A DNA stretch of 63,701 nucleotides, counting the filler, from Octopus bimaculoides (lineage: Eukaryota), in NCBI RefSeq assembly GCF_001194135.2. It is 5 parts of 4 records of this genome, joined end to end, with 100 filler letters (N's around TTAATTAATTAA, not from the genome) between each part and the next. Parts side by side here need not be neighbours in the genome. Positions count along the whole stretch, not along the records: positions 1 to 24,504 come from NC_068983.1; positions 24,605 to 34,543 come from NC_068984.1; 3 more parts are not named here. One strand, given 5' to 3'. Numbering within the stretch: the first letter of the stretch is position 1; every line of letters begins with the position of its first letter. The notes beneath the pieces are model-generated. The model was given only the letters and a program-made list of their open reading frames with translations. It was not told the origin of the DNA and did no database searches. Below, in pieces: positions 12,569 to 25,028 of the stretch. A program made the translations under genes and the position numbers.

Positions 12569-12990
12569 AATTATACAATTTTGCTTTAAACACAATAGCG
12601 AAAAAAAAAATCGTTCAAACAATTTAATAATTGAAAAACAGATAAGAAATCATTTTTGGCGTCAATATGTTGCTCATATGTCACGAAGTCATTAATGAAC
12701 GCAGGGAATTATGATTTTTAATAGAACTGAAATTGGATTTATTTTTGTGTTTTATTTTTGCTTTCTTACTTACTCTCAAAAATAAAACAAACAGAAAATA
12801 ACTCAGAATATATTACTATGAATGACTAAAGTGATCATGTTTGTATATGTTCTATTTCTATGTATGTAAGCACTTATATAACTTTGCCAATATGAGCACC
12901 TGCATAATGGGTTTGTTCAGACATATATTTAAATGATATACAATACACACATACATATGATGCACGCACATATATTTATATCTGTATCCA

Positions 12991-13073
<83 letters not shown>

Positions 13074-13233
13074 ATGACAGTTTCTCTGGCCCTCAGTCTC
13101 CGTCTCTCTGTCTCCATCCCTTTTCTAAAAAAATCGATATTAATTAATATCAATTTAATACCAAGAAACTAGCACATTAAAAGAATCAGAAGGTTCAGAA
13201 AAAAATTTCCGAGATCCTAATAGGATTATTGTA

Positions 13234-13368
13234 CTTGTGTATATAAAAACGACCAGTAACTGGTTTGTCAATATGCTAGAAAAATATCACTTAAAAAAGT
13301 TTCAAAGAAATGTGATCTTTTTCTAGCATATTGACAAACCAGTTACTGGTCGTTTTTATATACACAAG
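13234..13368. repeat. Foldback inverted repeat with perfect 51-bp arms (MITE-like); right end abuts an N gap
   Basis: 13234-13284 is the exact reverse complement of 13318-13368; 1 mismatch plus 5 more bp (atcac/gtgat); 21-nt loop. Confidence 0.95.
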
Positions 13369-13577
13369 NNNNNNNNNNNNNNNNNNNNNNNNNNNNNNNN
13401 NNNNNNNNNNNNNNNNNNNNNNNNNNNNNNNNNNNNNNNNNNNNNNNNNNNNNNNNNNNNNNNNNNNNNNNNNNNNNNNNNNNNNNNNNNNNNNNNNNNN
13501 NNNNNNNNNNNNNNNNNNNNNNNNNNNNNNNNNNNNNNNNNNNNNNNNNNNNNNNNNNNNNNNNNNNNNNNNNNNNN

Positions 13578-13617
<40 letters not shown>

Positions 13618-14149
13618 CATTTGTGTGTGCAATTTCCCACAAATGTTTACTCCCATACGAGTGTGGGTACTTGTACTATAGTTGTTTCACCGTAATCTAA
13701 TGTCTCAGATATAAATTGTTTTATCAACTTCATGTTAACCGTTGCAAAAAAGATAGCTTAAGATTTATTAACTTCTATGTAGAGAAATGTGAATGATAGT
13801 TGTGCCGCTAAAACGGCTGTACATTCTTGATATTTAAGACGATGTGCGTCTCACGGTTTTATCTCAGTTAATTCACTCATCAATTTGCATTTTTTCTTTT
13901 TTCATTTCACCTGAATTCTTTCATTTATCGGTAGATATGGGCTGATTCTATTTCACGGGACTTTTGTCGACTCTATCAACGATATATTTCTTTTTTGCAG
14001 TCTGGCTCCTATTTTGTGTAATCTGTAAATTTGCGTCTTTTGGAAGAAAACTATTTTGCACGTTGTAATCCTAATTACAGAAAAGGACGCGAAGAAACAA
14101 CAACACTCACTCAAACGCACAAATGGACATCTAAATTAAACAGGTACTC

Positions 14150-14340
14150 CTTCGGCTACGAGTACGTGGGCTCCAGTCGACCCGATCAACAGAAGAGCCT
14201 GCTCGTGTGATTAACGTGTAAGTGGCTGAGCACATCACCACAAACATGTGTACCCTAAACGTAGATCTTAGGGAAAAACAGCGTGACACAAAGTGTGATA
14301 AGGCAGAAATTTTGAAATACAGGTACTACTAATTTTGTAT
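14150..14340 (-). mobile_element. SINE family C 3' part
   Basis: Reverse complement of the tail (ccgatcaacagaagagcctgctcgtg..attaacgtg.aagtggctgagcac...accctaaacgtag). Confidence 0.8.
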
Positions 14341-14541
14341 GAGAATAATTTTGGATGAGAATACACAAATACGGCCAACGATGGTATGAATAAGTATACG
14401 TGTCGTGGGAAGGAACTGATAAAAAAGAACTTAATTGTTGTTGATTTTTCTCATTTTATCCGAACCTTTATACGGTTATTTTACTTTCCTAATTCGGTAA
14501 CGTTTTTCTGAGGACTTCGAAATTGAATTACTGGCGCTTAC

Positions 14542-14627
14542 CGTGGCCCTCTACACATCTTTTCGATTCCACCACTTTCACAATATGTGTATTTCGGTTT
14601 ATACCTTCCTTGTTTAGGCAGCCAACA
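14542..14627 (-). CDS. Candidate minus-strand exon (86 nt): CWLPKQGRYKPKYTYCESGGIEKMCRGP or VGCLNKEGINRNTHIVKVVESKRCVEGH
   Basis: Acceptor aagttttag, donor ACG|GTAAGC; two frames open. Confidence 0.25.
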
Positions 14628-16832
14628 CTAAAACTTAAATCTATTCTAAATTACCTGGGTATCTTTGGAATAAAAGACACACCCCTATTAAGTCATATAT
14701 TCTAATCATCAGAACTAGCGCTGAAGAGACATTGGTCTATGCCGTGATCATCACTCCTTCTGTCGAGTGTTTCTCTCTTGCTTGGTTTCTCGGAAATCTG
14801 CCCCCTAGCCAGGCTAACTTGGTAGGGATGCCAATTTAGTCGTTAATGACTGAACCATGCATGATATTATACCGGATCATATTAGAAGTAGAACTCAGAC
14901 TGAGCTAAATAATCTCTCCGTTATCAGTTGATGATTCTACCGCTTTAGAATCGACATTAATTCAGTTCGACATCTAGTGCTCTGGATTTCTCGTCAGTAG
15001 CTCTTATTGATTTCATAATATGTTTACTCATTGGTATTTCGTTTGAGTTAAGACACACAAGTTTCTATTCGTCCTTTTATCTCTATTGACGATTGGTAAT
15101 ATTTTGTCTGGTAATGTTACCAAGGAACACAATAGAACAGTATTTAAATGTATGTGCCTTGACAAATTTATATGAAAGCATGACTAATGTAAAAAATAAT
15201 TTCAAAGGACATCTATCTGCACGTTCAAATTTATATTTATGTGCACGACATTACAGCTATGTAGATATTATGTAATATTTTATATTCTCCGTAATCATGA
15301 TTATTCAACTTGAAGATTATTTTTTAATAATTTCAATACACTAAAGATATCTTAAGATTATTCTCATTCGCACGATATTTTTGATAAGTCATCTTCTTCC
15401 AAGTAATCTTCAGGTTCATGTAAACACAGATATTATATTTTTTGTTAATCTTCAAACGATCATTTGGAGTATTTTGAATAACGGTGGATTCTTACACAAG
15501 TTGTAAATGACACGAGACCTTTTATTTCATATAACATTGTCCTAATTCGAATGGAAACGGTTTTTAATTTCCATGTTGATTCTACGAAAACGTTGTCCAT
15601 TTAAATAACACAGGAATGTCATTTCTTCTCCACTTCATTTATTTATTCGTTGATATTTCCATTTTGCATCAATTTGCAAATTTATTGATGGGACTCACCT
15701 TTGAAACATATGTTGTTAAGTGTTAGAATGGTCATTTTGTCAACATTATCACTGGCTTTATTTCGCCTTCATACATATTAGTTAATCTCACGATACACCA
15801 TTCCTTCATTTTGGTTATTATAATAATGTATTGTTTTCTTTTTTGCATACATAAAATATATGAATGGCAAACAAGCAACGCTTTAGCTACGAAAGACAAA
15901 ACAAAACAAAGATCTAAAGAACGAGTTTATTCATAACAAATTACGATGAGTGTCTAATATCACCTTTTTTTGTATCGTTTGAACAATAGTGTTCAGATTG
16001 TTGATGACTTGTATTTTTTAAGGACATATTCCTTTCAAATTGCAGCTGTATGTTTCATAATTGACTTAGAACTGTTAAGATCTGTTTTTTTAAATTAGAT
16101 TTTAATTTTCTCTTATAGATTTGAAATATCGTTTGACTATTTCGACGGCCGCTAAGAATGTGTGCGTTTCATATCTATTCCATATATATGTGGGCACGAA
16201 TTTTAATGTTTATCACTTCAGTTCATCAGTCTACTTGAAACTCAATATTTTATCTTCACAATTTCACGTCACCTATGTGTTTACTTGAATCAAAACTCAT
16301 TGTATAATACAACTGCTTATCTACCTAAATACTGTCTACTACATCCAATACTGTCGACGCCAAATTTAATCTTTATCACTCCATTTGTGTCGCTTACAAG
16401 ACATGAACTAAAAACTTATTCTTTACCACCCCAGCTTATTTTACCTCTAGTTGTACTAATACCTAATCTTTTACACCGACTATAAATTAAAATCTCTATC
16501 ATCTAATTTTGCCATTACTGTGTACAGAAAAATGTAGTCATGGGAAATCAATGTAAAAGTGTAAACGTGTTTTGCTAGAATTCTATCCGAAATTAGCTTG
16601 AAGCACCAGCATGATTACTTACACCTGTTACCCTTTAAAAAGACAAAGTGTTGGATTGTTGCTTTCTGACTGAACCTGTGACAATATTAGTGATTTGATA
16701 AATATTTATTTTTCTTCAATTGCATTTAATAAAGAAATAATCAACGAATGAGCATTAATGTAATTTACTATTGTTGAGCAGGTTTCCTTAACATGGCTGT
16801 TTAGTCTGTTAGAAATATTTGATAATTTTTTA

Positions 16833-17028
16833 AAGCAGCGAGCTGGTAGAAACGTTAGCACGCCAGGCGAAATGCTTAGCAGTATTTCGTCTGTATTTAG
16901 GTTCTGAGTTCAAATTCCATCCTTTCGAGGTCGATAAATTAAGTACAAGTTGCGTACTGTGCTCGATCTAATCGACTGGCTCCCTCCCCCAAATTTTCGA
17001 ACCTTGTGCCTAGAGTAGAAAAGAATAT
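16833..17028 (+). mobile_element. SINE family A (tRNA-like head), near full length
   Basis: gcgagctggtagaaacgttagcacgccaggcgaaatgcttagc...gagttcaaattcc (B-box-like)...gtcgataaattaagtac...ccttgtgcctagagtagaaaagaatatt; the same family occurs more than 15 times in the window. Confidence 0.85.
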
Positions 17029-17366
17029 TTAATAGTTTTGCTCTAGTGAGTCGCTATTATCTTTACAATGTTATTTTGGATAATATAAAACTAGATTAAT
17101 TCTAACTGAAATAATTGCGACAGTTATGCCATCGAAAATACGGTATGGCTTAATCGCAGCTAACCTAAACAAAAAGACAGCATATTTAATATAGCTATCA
17201 AGAAGAAAGTTCCTATATTTAACACAGCAATTATACTGAAAATTCATTTTCCCTTCCCATCAGTCCTCCTATCAGTTAGGAAGCAATGTATGTGATATAC
17301 AATCCTGTATTCAAATGGTTTAACTATTATCCACAATTCACCATGAAATATTGATCAATTATTTAG

Positions 17367-17551
17367 ATGCGAAACAGGTGTGTGTACATGGGCTTATATA
17401 TTACATTGATGGCAAGGGAGATGTGTTTCACCACAGCCCTCCAGACATATCTACAACCTCATTCCCACCAGGAGGTCGTTAAATACTTATTGTGCATGTC
17501 CCTGCCAAAGCTATTAAAATTATTGAGGCCTATCGTCCTCTTCTACGTTAC
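17367..17551 (+). CDS. Candidate internal exon (185 nt), product unidentified
   Basis: Acceptor attatttag, perfect donor TAC|GTAAGT, phase-0 frame fully open (MRNRCVYMGLYITLMAREMCF...IVLFYV); GC-richer than the flanks. Confidence 0.3.
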
Positions 17552-18959
17552 GTAAGTCTCCAAAATATAGACCTTATGTTCAGCGACATTGTTAGAAATG
17601 GTTGTAATGTTTCCCTAAATCTCTTTGGGCTTTCACTCACGTCATGGGATGTTACGGTCCCTCATGTGGGGCCTATAGTATGCATTTTATACACAATACT
17701 GCATCTAATCCCATAATGTAAATCTCGTATATTTGAATTCAATATTAACTAAAATAAAGGCAACATATTATGAATGCATTTATCAGATTCTGTAACGCAT
17801 GTAACTTTGTCGCATGGTTTGCATGATTTGCATGAAATATTACATGGCACTGAAGTGAGCTATCGGTTCGGAAATCTTGGCCGTTGGTGATCTCTTGTAT
17901 TTTGAACCTCAAACTTGTTTTCAGTTTTTATTTTATATTTACATTTCTAATTAAATAATAGTTTCAATACTGACGTGCTTTTCATTACGCAGGTGTTCTG
18001 TATAATATTTTTCAAAAGAATTTCCATGAACACGTACTCTCCATAATTTCATTAATCTAACACATGTTTTGTTTTCCATTTAAAGTGATTAGGTGTCACA
18101 AATGTTTGATTCATTCAGCATAATATAATGCATTTTTCCAATAGTTAAATGATGAAATATGTTCTAGATGTGTTTGTATTTCACATTGTAGCCTCTTGTA
18201 TACTGCTAATCTCTTTGTCTAGGTATATTTAACAGATATTAATCAGTTCATAGTGTAAAACAAGTTCACTTTTCGTTACAGTATATCAATGTATTTAATT
18301 ACGCTGTGTAAAATGCACATATAAAGCTGCATCTTTCTGATCTTGTACATTTTATCCAGGTTTGTTTAGATTTATTGTTTTTGTCACTCATCAACTTGCT
18401 GATGTCGCTTTTTATTCCCAAAGTAGCACATTGTTTTATTATCTTCCATAGTTCTTTGTGTTTCTATTATGCCGACAATTTGTGCGAGTATGGCTTTGAA
18501 GTTCTCTCTCATATATTTCTATATTATGTTTGATGGGATTTTCGAAAAAGAAGCATTCTTAATAGAGATATTCTGTTTGACTTTATGGTTTTAATGGTTT
18601 ATGCAAAAAGACATGTTATATGTGTTCTTCCTTTAATGTTTATTTTATTTTGTTTTATTATCTATAAAGTATTCCTTATATTACTGGAAAGATTTAACTT
18701 TCACTACATTAGCGACATCAATTTTCCTTTGCAACATACGATGTTGAATTTAAAGACGTAGAAAATATAGTATTCTCCGTTGACTGCAAATTTCAATGCA
18801 TTGTTTATACATAAATATTGCACTTGCAATAGCCTTGAAAGAACTATGCAAAATTCACGAGATTGCAACAGATATAACAGTAGACTAAATAGAAACTGAA
18901 ACTTCTATTTTTCAATAAACCAAAGATTACATTCAATTTAATAATCCCCACCGTGTTCA

Positions 18960-19200
18960 TGCATACTCTTTTCCCAGTTATGGTACAACTTCAGGAAAAC
19001 CTTATGAAGAGAGAGTTCACAAATCTCATCAAATTTTTATAATAGATTAACTTCTTAGATGTCGACGGTCATTTAGATTTGCGGGGTACATTAGCACGTT
19101 TACTAACCAAAAAAGCCTGCTTGGAGAAATTCGGACAATTCTCTAAATTTTACGATTTTCCAACATATATATGCTTTGTAATATCTTTTACTAAACCACA
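18960..19200 (+). mobile_element. Possible Penelope-like RT relic
   Basis: INFLDVDGHLDLRGT resembles the Penelope RT motif INFLDV..L..G; otherwise highly degenerate. Confidence 0.3.
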
Positions 19201-19424
19201 GATAACATTATAGTTATCTGTGCGGTTTCTGTACAATCATATCTAAAGGATATTTGCTATTTTTCATCAAGATTCAGTCGTATCACACCAAAAGGAATCT
19301 TGAAGGAAGCCTCTTGATGTTACCGTTTACACACACAATGATTCATTCTTTCAAGTCTTGGATTTCATTCTTCGTATGTTATCTGTCACAAGTGACGTTT
19401 TAAGGATGTTCGGTGACCTTTCAG

Positions 19425-19494
19425 CGAAGAGCAACGGCTGCGGCAGTGGAAGAGCGCGCGACTGCTGGACCTGTGTAAGAAGCAAAACACGTGA
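19425..19494 (+). CDS. Candidate terminal exon: EEQRLRQWKSARLLDLCKKQNT* (phase 2) or RRATAAAVEERATAGPV* (phase 0)
   Basis: Acceptor gacctttcag; a GC-rich island in AT-rich DNA; downstream tatctcacgaagtca matches the motif of paralogs 1-3. Confidence 0.25.
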
Positions 19495-20242
19495 CCTTGA
19501 TGTCTCATAAACAAATAACTTTCACTTACAATTAACCATCTAAAGTTCTGAACTACCTTGGACAAAAACAAGTGACAAGAACAGTTGATATATAAGTTAT
19601 ATCTCACGAAGTCAAATAATCAGAACACCAGAATAATGTCAGACAATACAAATTAATTTGAAAATATCATAAGCAAATGTCATACCTGGGCAGTTAGCCA
19701 ACCAGAACGTTAGTCTATGGGTGGACAAACACAAGTGTCATCTTTGAGTAAGTTGAACATATTTCAAGTTTATGTACGCACGAGTAAAATAAACAGCCAA
19801 CAATTTCTTTTCCATTTCTAATTTCTTATAATTATAAAGTCTTTATCATATGTTATTGCTCTAATATAACTTATTCCTACGAAATTGCTTCAACTTACTA
19901 ATTTCTATAAGGTATCACTGCTATGCAATTTACCGAACATTTTCAACTTTCATAATTTCTTATTGTTCTGAAACTTGCATTTTCATCGTGTAATTTTTCT
20001 ATGAAGGCCATCGAAAATTTGACTTTTGAATATGTTTTACTGCCGTGAAATTTTTTTCCTAGGTATTCTTTTCCTTTTTAATGTTTCCTCTTGTTTTGTA
20101 TTTTATTATTCACCGTAAAAAAAAAATGAAACCGTTATAATATTTGAATAAATTAAAAACGATTGAACAAAATCAACAATTAAAAAAAAATTTCCAACCC
20201 AAACTACATTTCCTATACACACCCGCACACATACGTTTGTGC

Positions 20243-20288
<46 letters not shown>

Positions 20289-20297
20289 ATATCTATA

Positions 20298-20360
<63 letters not shown>

Positions 20361-20838
20361 AAAATTTATCTATAAATAATGGTCTTTTCCACATCCGACG
20401 TGATACATTTTTAAATTCTGATCTTGCAATAGTATAGGAAGTGAATATCTAGAAAACACAAGTGCGTTACAGATTCGAATAGTATGCGTATATCTGGGAT
20501 GACACTACTAGTAACAAAAATGAGATATATTTCAGTCTCAAGAAACGCAGATGTGCGATTATCCTTGTCTGTTTCATGGCCTCTAGAGCTCGCTCAGCTC
20601 TCTGAATAAATAAGGAAATATTTATTTATTCAAGCCAACACGTTACATCTATACCATCCAGCTAGATATAGTTACCGTGTTGTACTCACATCACCCATAC
20701 GAAATAATTTCGTCCGCTATTCTCACCCATATCTTCCAGTCACACTCCAGAACTCAAGCGCTGCCAAAGCTTTCCATGTATGCGTCAACCTACATAAATT
20801 ATATTTTATCAACTATATCAACCTAAAATACACGGATG

Positions 20839-20902
<64 letters not shown>

Positions 20903-20907
20903 CATCC

Positions 20908-20968
<61 letters not shown>

Positions 20969-21624
20969 ATCTACGTATCTCTCTAAATTATCATTAAGGT
21001 GTTATCCCTTCCATTCACGTATAACTGTTATCGATCGAAATTATTATCTCTGGCCTTATTGTCATGAGTTATCCAAGTAGAGTCGTTTATTTATTTTACG
21101 TCGAACGTAGCAGTAGGTAATCGTTACCAATTTGTGAAGTGAAAACTAGAATAAAGCAAATGAAACACATATAACATTCATATATTCTAAATTTCAGTTG
21201 TTAGTATTAATCACTGTGATCTGTGAAAGTTTATGATATCCTCGAGGAAGATTTAAATTAACCTAACATGTTATAATAATATTTTCCTAGTGGCATTTAA
21301 TTTTTTCCTTGAAGAAATTGTTTAGAAGTACTTTCAAAGTGTTTTCCCCTAAATAGATTTAATTTACATGTAGTATTTGTAGTTATGCAATGATGGAGAT
21401 CGGAATGTGAAGTATTTCAGGTTAGTACTTAGCACGTCCACTTCAAATTATCGTCTTAATCAATTTAGAAGCTGTGGTTGTTATTTATGTGCACATGTTT
21501 GGGTTTTATAGCAATAAGTGTTATTATTCACCATCTAAAAGCGTTTACTAGAGTAAGTTGGAAAGTAGCAAAACTTATTCGTATTGTAGATCGCTGCCTG
21601 TGAGCAACTGGTGCGATATATCTC

Positions 21625-21790
21625 GCGCGGGTTGCTGAAAAGTTCCTGGCATTAAGAGTTTTGTGAATGGTCTTGTTAGAGACCCAAACTTCCAAGTTCT
21701 TTTACCAGGTTTAGAAACACTGCAATAAATATGTAACCGCTGCAATAAGTATGTGAATCTGAGAGGGGAAGAAATCATAATTAACTTTAC
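21625..21790 (+). mobile_element. Tc1/mariner-derived MITE, degraded
   Basis: TIR-like GCGGGTTGCTGAAAAGTTCCTGGC followed by sequence encoding the mariner transposase C-terminal motif GLETLQ*..NRCNKYVNLRGE (cf. RW.KCV...G.Y.E). The right TIR is not recognisable. Confidence 0.65.
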
Positions 21791-22786
21791 CCAACTCCGC
21801 ATTTGGTCCTTCGCTGTTGCGATATATTACCATTCCACACTTATTTAAAGTTAGGTTGCAGAGGGTCTGATGCTATTAGGGTCAGAAAGGAATTCCATGC
21901 ATACTACCACTGATACTGACAAGAAAACTCATTCTCTCCATTGATAATTGAGTAGTTTTTTTCTCATATAAATCTTTCTGCGATGAAATATTACAATTGA
22001 CTTTTCTTTCGTGAAGGCACATTTTTGTTGCATAATTTTAAAACTGGTTTTCCTTGATTCATGTTCATCGATTTTGTTTCTCTCTCATCTTTTCTCTTTA
22101 CATGAATCTCGTGAGAAATTTTGTAAATGTTGACTCTAGTCGATATGCTTGATACGTGCTTTTATCAAGTTTATAAATAGCTGCTGTAGAACGGGTATAT
22201 TTTCGTCAAATATTCATGTTAATATTATTGTGGATTAATTTGAGACTACCATCGAAAACAGTTTGATCATCATAATAGTTCAAACCTTGAGCCTTTAACA
22301 TTTTTATGATGCTTTTACTTGTTTATATTTGTACATTTTGTTGTGTTTTCATTGTCTTTGTTGAGGCCTATGCATTTTGATATGGTTGATTTTCTTCTGC
22401 GATTTGTGCATTGACAGTAGATTTTCAGCGTGTTTTCTTTTCATTTACCCTTTTAAACTGCCGCTATTTTGCGAGTATCGTTGACATTCACTTGTTTTCT
22501 ATTTTCAGATTAGTAAGCGCATTTCATTAAAGTACACTTATAGGTTGTATATAGTATGTTCGTATAACACGCGTGGAACAATTCACTGATTGCTTATCGG
22601 CTCAAAGGAAGCCAATCCGTTTGAATATGTTTGTTTATTCCTGTTGAAGTTAGAGATAGGAGGTTGAAATTTATCTTGGGCATTGTTAGAAAGCAACACC
22701 AAATAACGGAAAAAACTTGTAACAAACAGGTATTGGCCTCTAGTTAAGACATTCATTTTACATTTGATTATTTATAATGCACAAAC

Positions 22787-22872
<86 letters not shown>

Positions 22873-23166
22873 GTTCAGTAGTTTTATTTTTATAACGTGC
22901 TTTCACTTCACTACCGAGCGCAGCTCTGTGCGCCTTGGGTATGTGCTGTGGTTTGCTGTGGTGCTCTTATGTTTACTGTATTGAAATTTTTTTTGCGTAG
23001 AATGTGTGCAGTGCCCAGTAGTGCAATTTTCTGTATGTTATATATATTTGTAAGCCCTGGTGTTTTTGTTATGTATTTGTCTGAATATTTTTTTATTATA
23101 CCTAAGGCACCTACTATGATAGGAATTGTTTCTGTTTTTAGATTCCACATTCGAGTTAGCGTATTG

Positions 23167-23167
<1 letters not shown>
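22873..23167 (-). mobile_element. R4/Dong-clade non-LTR retrotransposon 3' fragment (end of RLE domain + 3' UTR), copy 1
   Basis: Minus strand reads MWNLKTETIPIIVGALGIIKKYSDKYITKTPGLTNIYNIQKIALLGTAHILRK, the typical R4/Dong C-terminus (W.LK...PVIVGALG...QK..LLGTA.ILR). Flanked on both sides by (TTA)n arrays. Confidence 0.85.
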
Positions 23168-23245
<78 letters not shown>

Positions 23246-23349
23246 CATTATTATTCCTTCGTTACACAGTGGAGGTAAAAATGCACCGGCGTCTTTAGTC
23301 ATCGAAAAATACCTTAGGAATAAGAACCCAGATTCTCATTTCCCCATGT

Positions 23350-23391
23350 CACCTGATGAAGACTGGAGGGTACATCAGCCGAAATATTGTG
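23350..23391 (+). ncRNA. Minimal type-I hammerhead-like motif with canonical CUGAUGA core (Penelope-like LTR fragment about 23280-23445)
   Basis: cac-CTGATGA-a-gactg gagggtacat cagcc-GAAA-ta-TT-gtg: stem I cac/gtg, palindromic stem III. A homologous 5'-truncated copy lies at 53084-53168 (minus). Confidence 0.6.
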
Positions 23392-23504
23392 TTAACAACA
23401 AACAAAATTAGGACAAATATCCGTCATATGCAGATAATATAAATCTTCTTCTTCTTCTTCTTCTTCTTCTTCTTCTTCTTCTTCTTCTTCTTCTTCTTCT
23501 TCTT

Positions 23505-23609
<105 letters not shown>

Positions 23610-23610
23610 T

Positions 23611-24170
23611 ATCTTTAGTCTGCATGTTTGCTACAATCATTCGCCGACACACACCCAGCGTCCTCGAGCGAGTGAAGGATAAGAGATTTCACAGTATGAC
23701 TGGAAGCTTGGGGAGGGTAGGTGGCATGGGCAGTAGCGAAATATCTTCCTATAATACAACACAGACATTTAAATTGTTAAGGTTTTTTTTAAGGATGTGG
23801 GTAGTGCTTGTCAGCACAATCTTTTGGATTTCTCTGAGACATGGTTCTCCTGGGATACTATCTAGATGTTTCTCATATCCCTTTCTCATCATACCTCGGG
23901 CACCCACAATAACAGGAACACTTCTCGCTTTAAGATGCCACAGCTTTTGTATTTCAATTTCCAGGTCCTTATATTTAGTTAATTTGTCAAATTCCCTTAC
24001 AGATATATTTCTGTCAGTGGGAACTCTTACACCTTATAGTCTACAAGTGTTTTCTTCTCTATCTTTAAGGACTGTCTAGTCAATTAGCTTGGATCGATCT
24101 GTCGGTACTGACGGGTAAAGCCCAGAGGTTAATGACCTTCAGCGTCTGATTCAGGATGAAGTTCACACCA
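23611..24170 (-). mobile_element. R4/Dong-clade retrotransposon 3' fragment with degenerate restriction-like endonuclease domain, copy 2
   Basis: Minus strand reads LWALPVSTDRSIQAN*LD/TVLKDREENTCRL*GVRVPTDRNISVREFDKLTKYKDLEIEIQKLWHLKARSVPVIVGARGMMRKGYEKHLDSIPGEPCLREIQKIVLTSTTHILKK, with stops and a frameshift. Ends at a (TAA)n array. Confidence 0.88.
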
Positions 24171-24221
24171 ATAAGTAATATTACTGATTTTGATTTTATT
24201 ATTGTTATTATTATTATTATT

Positions 24222-24504
24222 TTATGTTTGACTTTTGTTTTGCATTTGTACAAGTTGGATCCAAGTCTCACCCAGAGACCTCAAGAGACAACAAGTTAGA
24301 AGTTCATGTAGGTGTTATGCCTAGGGTACCATATATTTGGATTTGTACAGTTTTGTTCAAGTGAATGTTTAAGAAACCATAAGAAAATTATGTTTGCTTT
24401 AAAATTTGAGATCACATAGACAGTATTTTACGTAGGATATGGGCAGTTCCCATGAGCACTATCTTTTGGACTTCAGCCATTTTGGGGTTTCCTGGTATCT
24501 GAGC
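24222..24504 (-). mobile_element. R4/Dong-clade retrotransposon 3' fragment, copy 3 (cut by linker gap)
   Basis: Minus strand reads AQIPGNPKMAEVQKIVLMGTAHILRKILSM*, then a distinct 3' UTR ending in (TAA)n at about 24200-24221. Confidence 0.8.
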
Positions 24505-24604
24505 NNNNNNNNNNNNNNNNNNNNNNNNNNNNNNNNNNNNNNNNNNNNTTAATTAATTAANNNNNNNNNNNNNNNNNNNNNNNNNNNNNNNNNNNNNNNN
24601 NNNN
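24505..24604. other. Artificial assembly join linker (44 N + TTAATTAATTAA + 44 N)
   Basis: Exactly 100 nt; the 12-mer at 24549-24560 has stops in all six frames; the same structure recurs three more times. Confidence 0.9.
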
Positions 24605-24978
24605 TATATATATATATATATATATATATGCATGCATATATATATATACGTGTGCGAGTATGTTTATGTATGTATACGTATATGTGAGTATGGGATAGTA
24701 TCGAACAGTGAGTGTGTGCATTTCAACACAGTATTAGGTGAATAAATATTCTATATTTGTGGATTAACAATGCTACCAAGGGTTTCATGTTGAGGGTTTT
24801 CCGCAATTCTTCACGCGCTCCACTAAAAAATCTAGGTAATCGCAATCTAATTTTGGATGTGAGTACTACGTATATATACAATCCCCATATAGATGTACAT
24901 CTCTGCAAATATATTTTGAACGTTGACACGCGTGACCATTCAATATAAGTACGTAATCTGTCTACGCACTCACGCACA

Positions 24979-25028
<50 letters not shown>

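Noticed and set aside
14721-14745. Hammerhead half CTGAAGA-GAC attg GTC
   Set aside because: The required GAAA is missing.
17367-17551. Septin/GTPase-like or ADP-ribosyltransferase-like reading in phase 1 (VHGLIYYIDG, ISTTS)
   Set aside because: Internal stop, wrong motif order for ART toxins, and no other domain motifs nearby.
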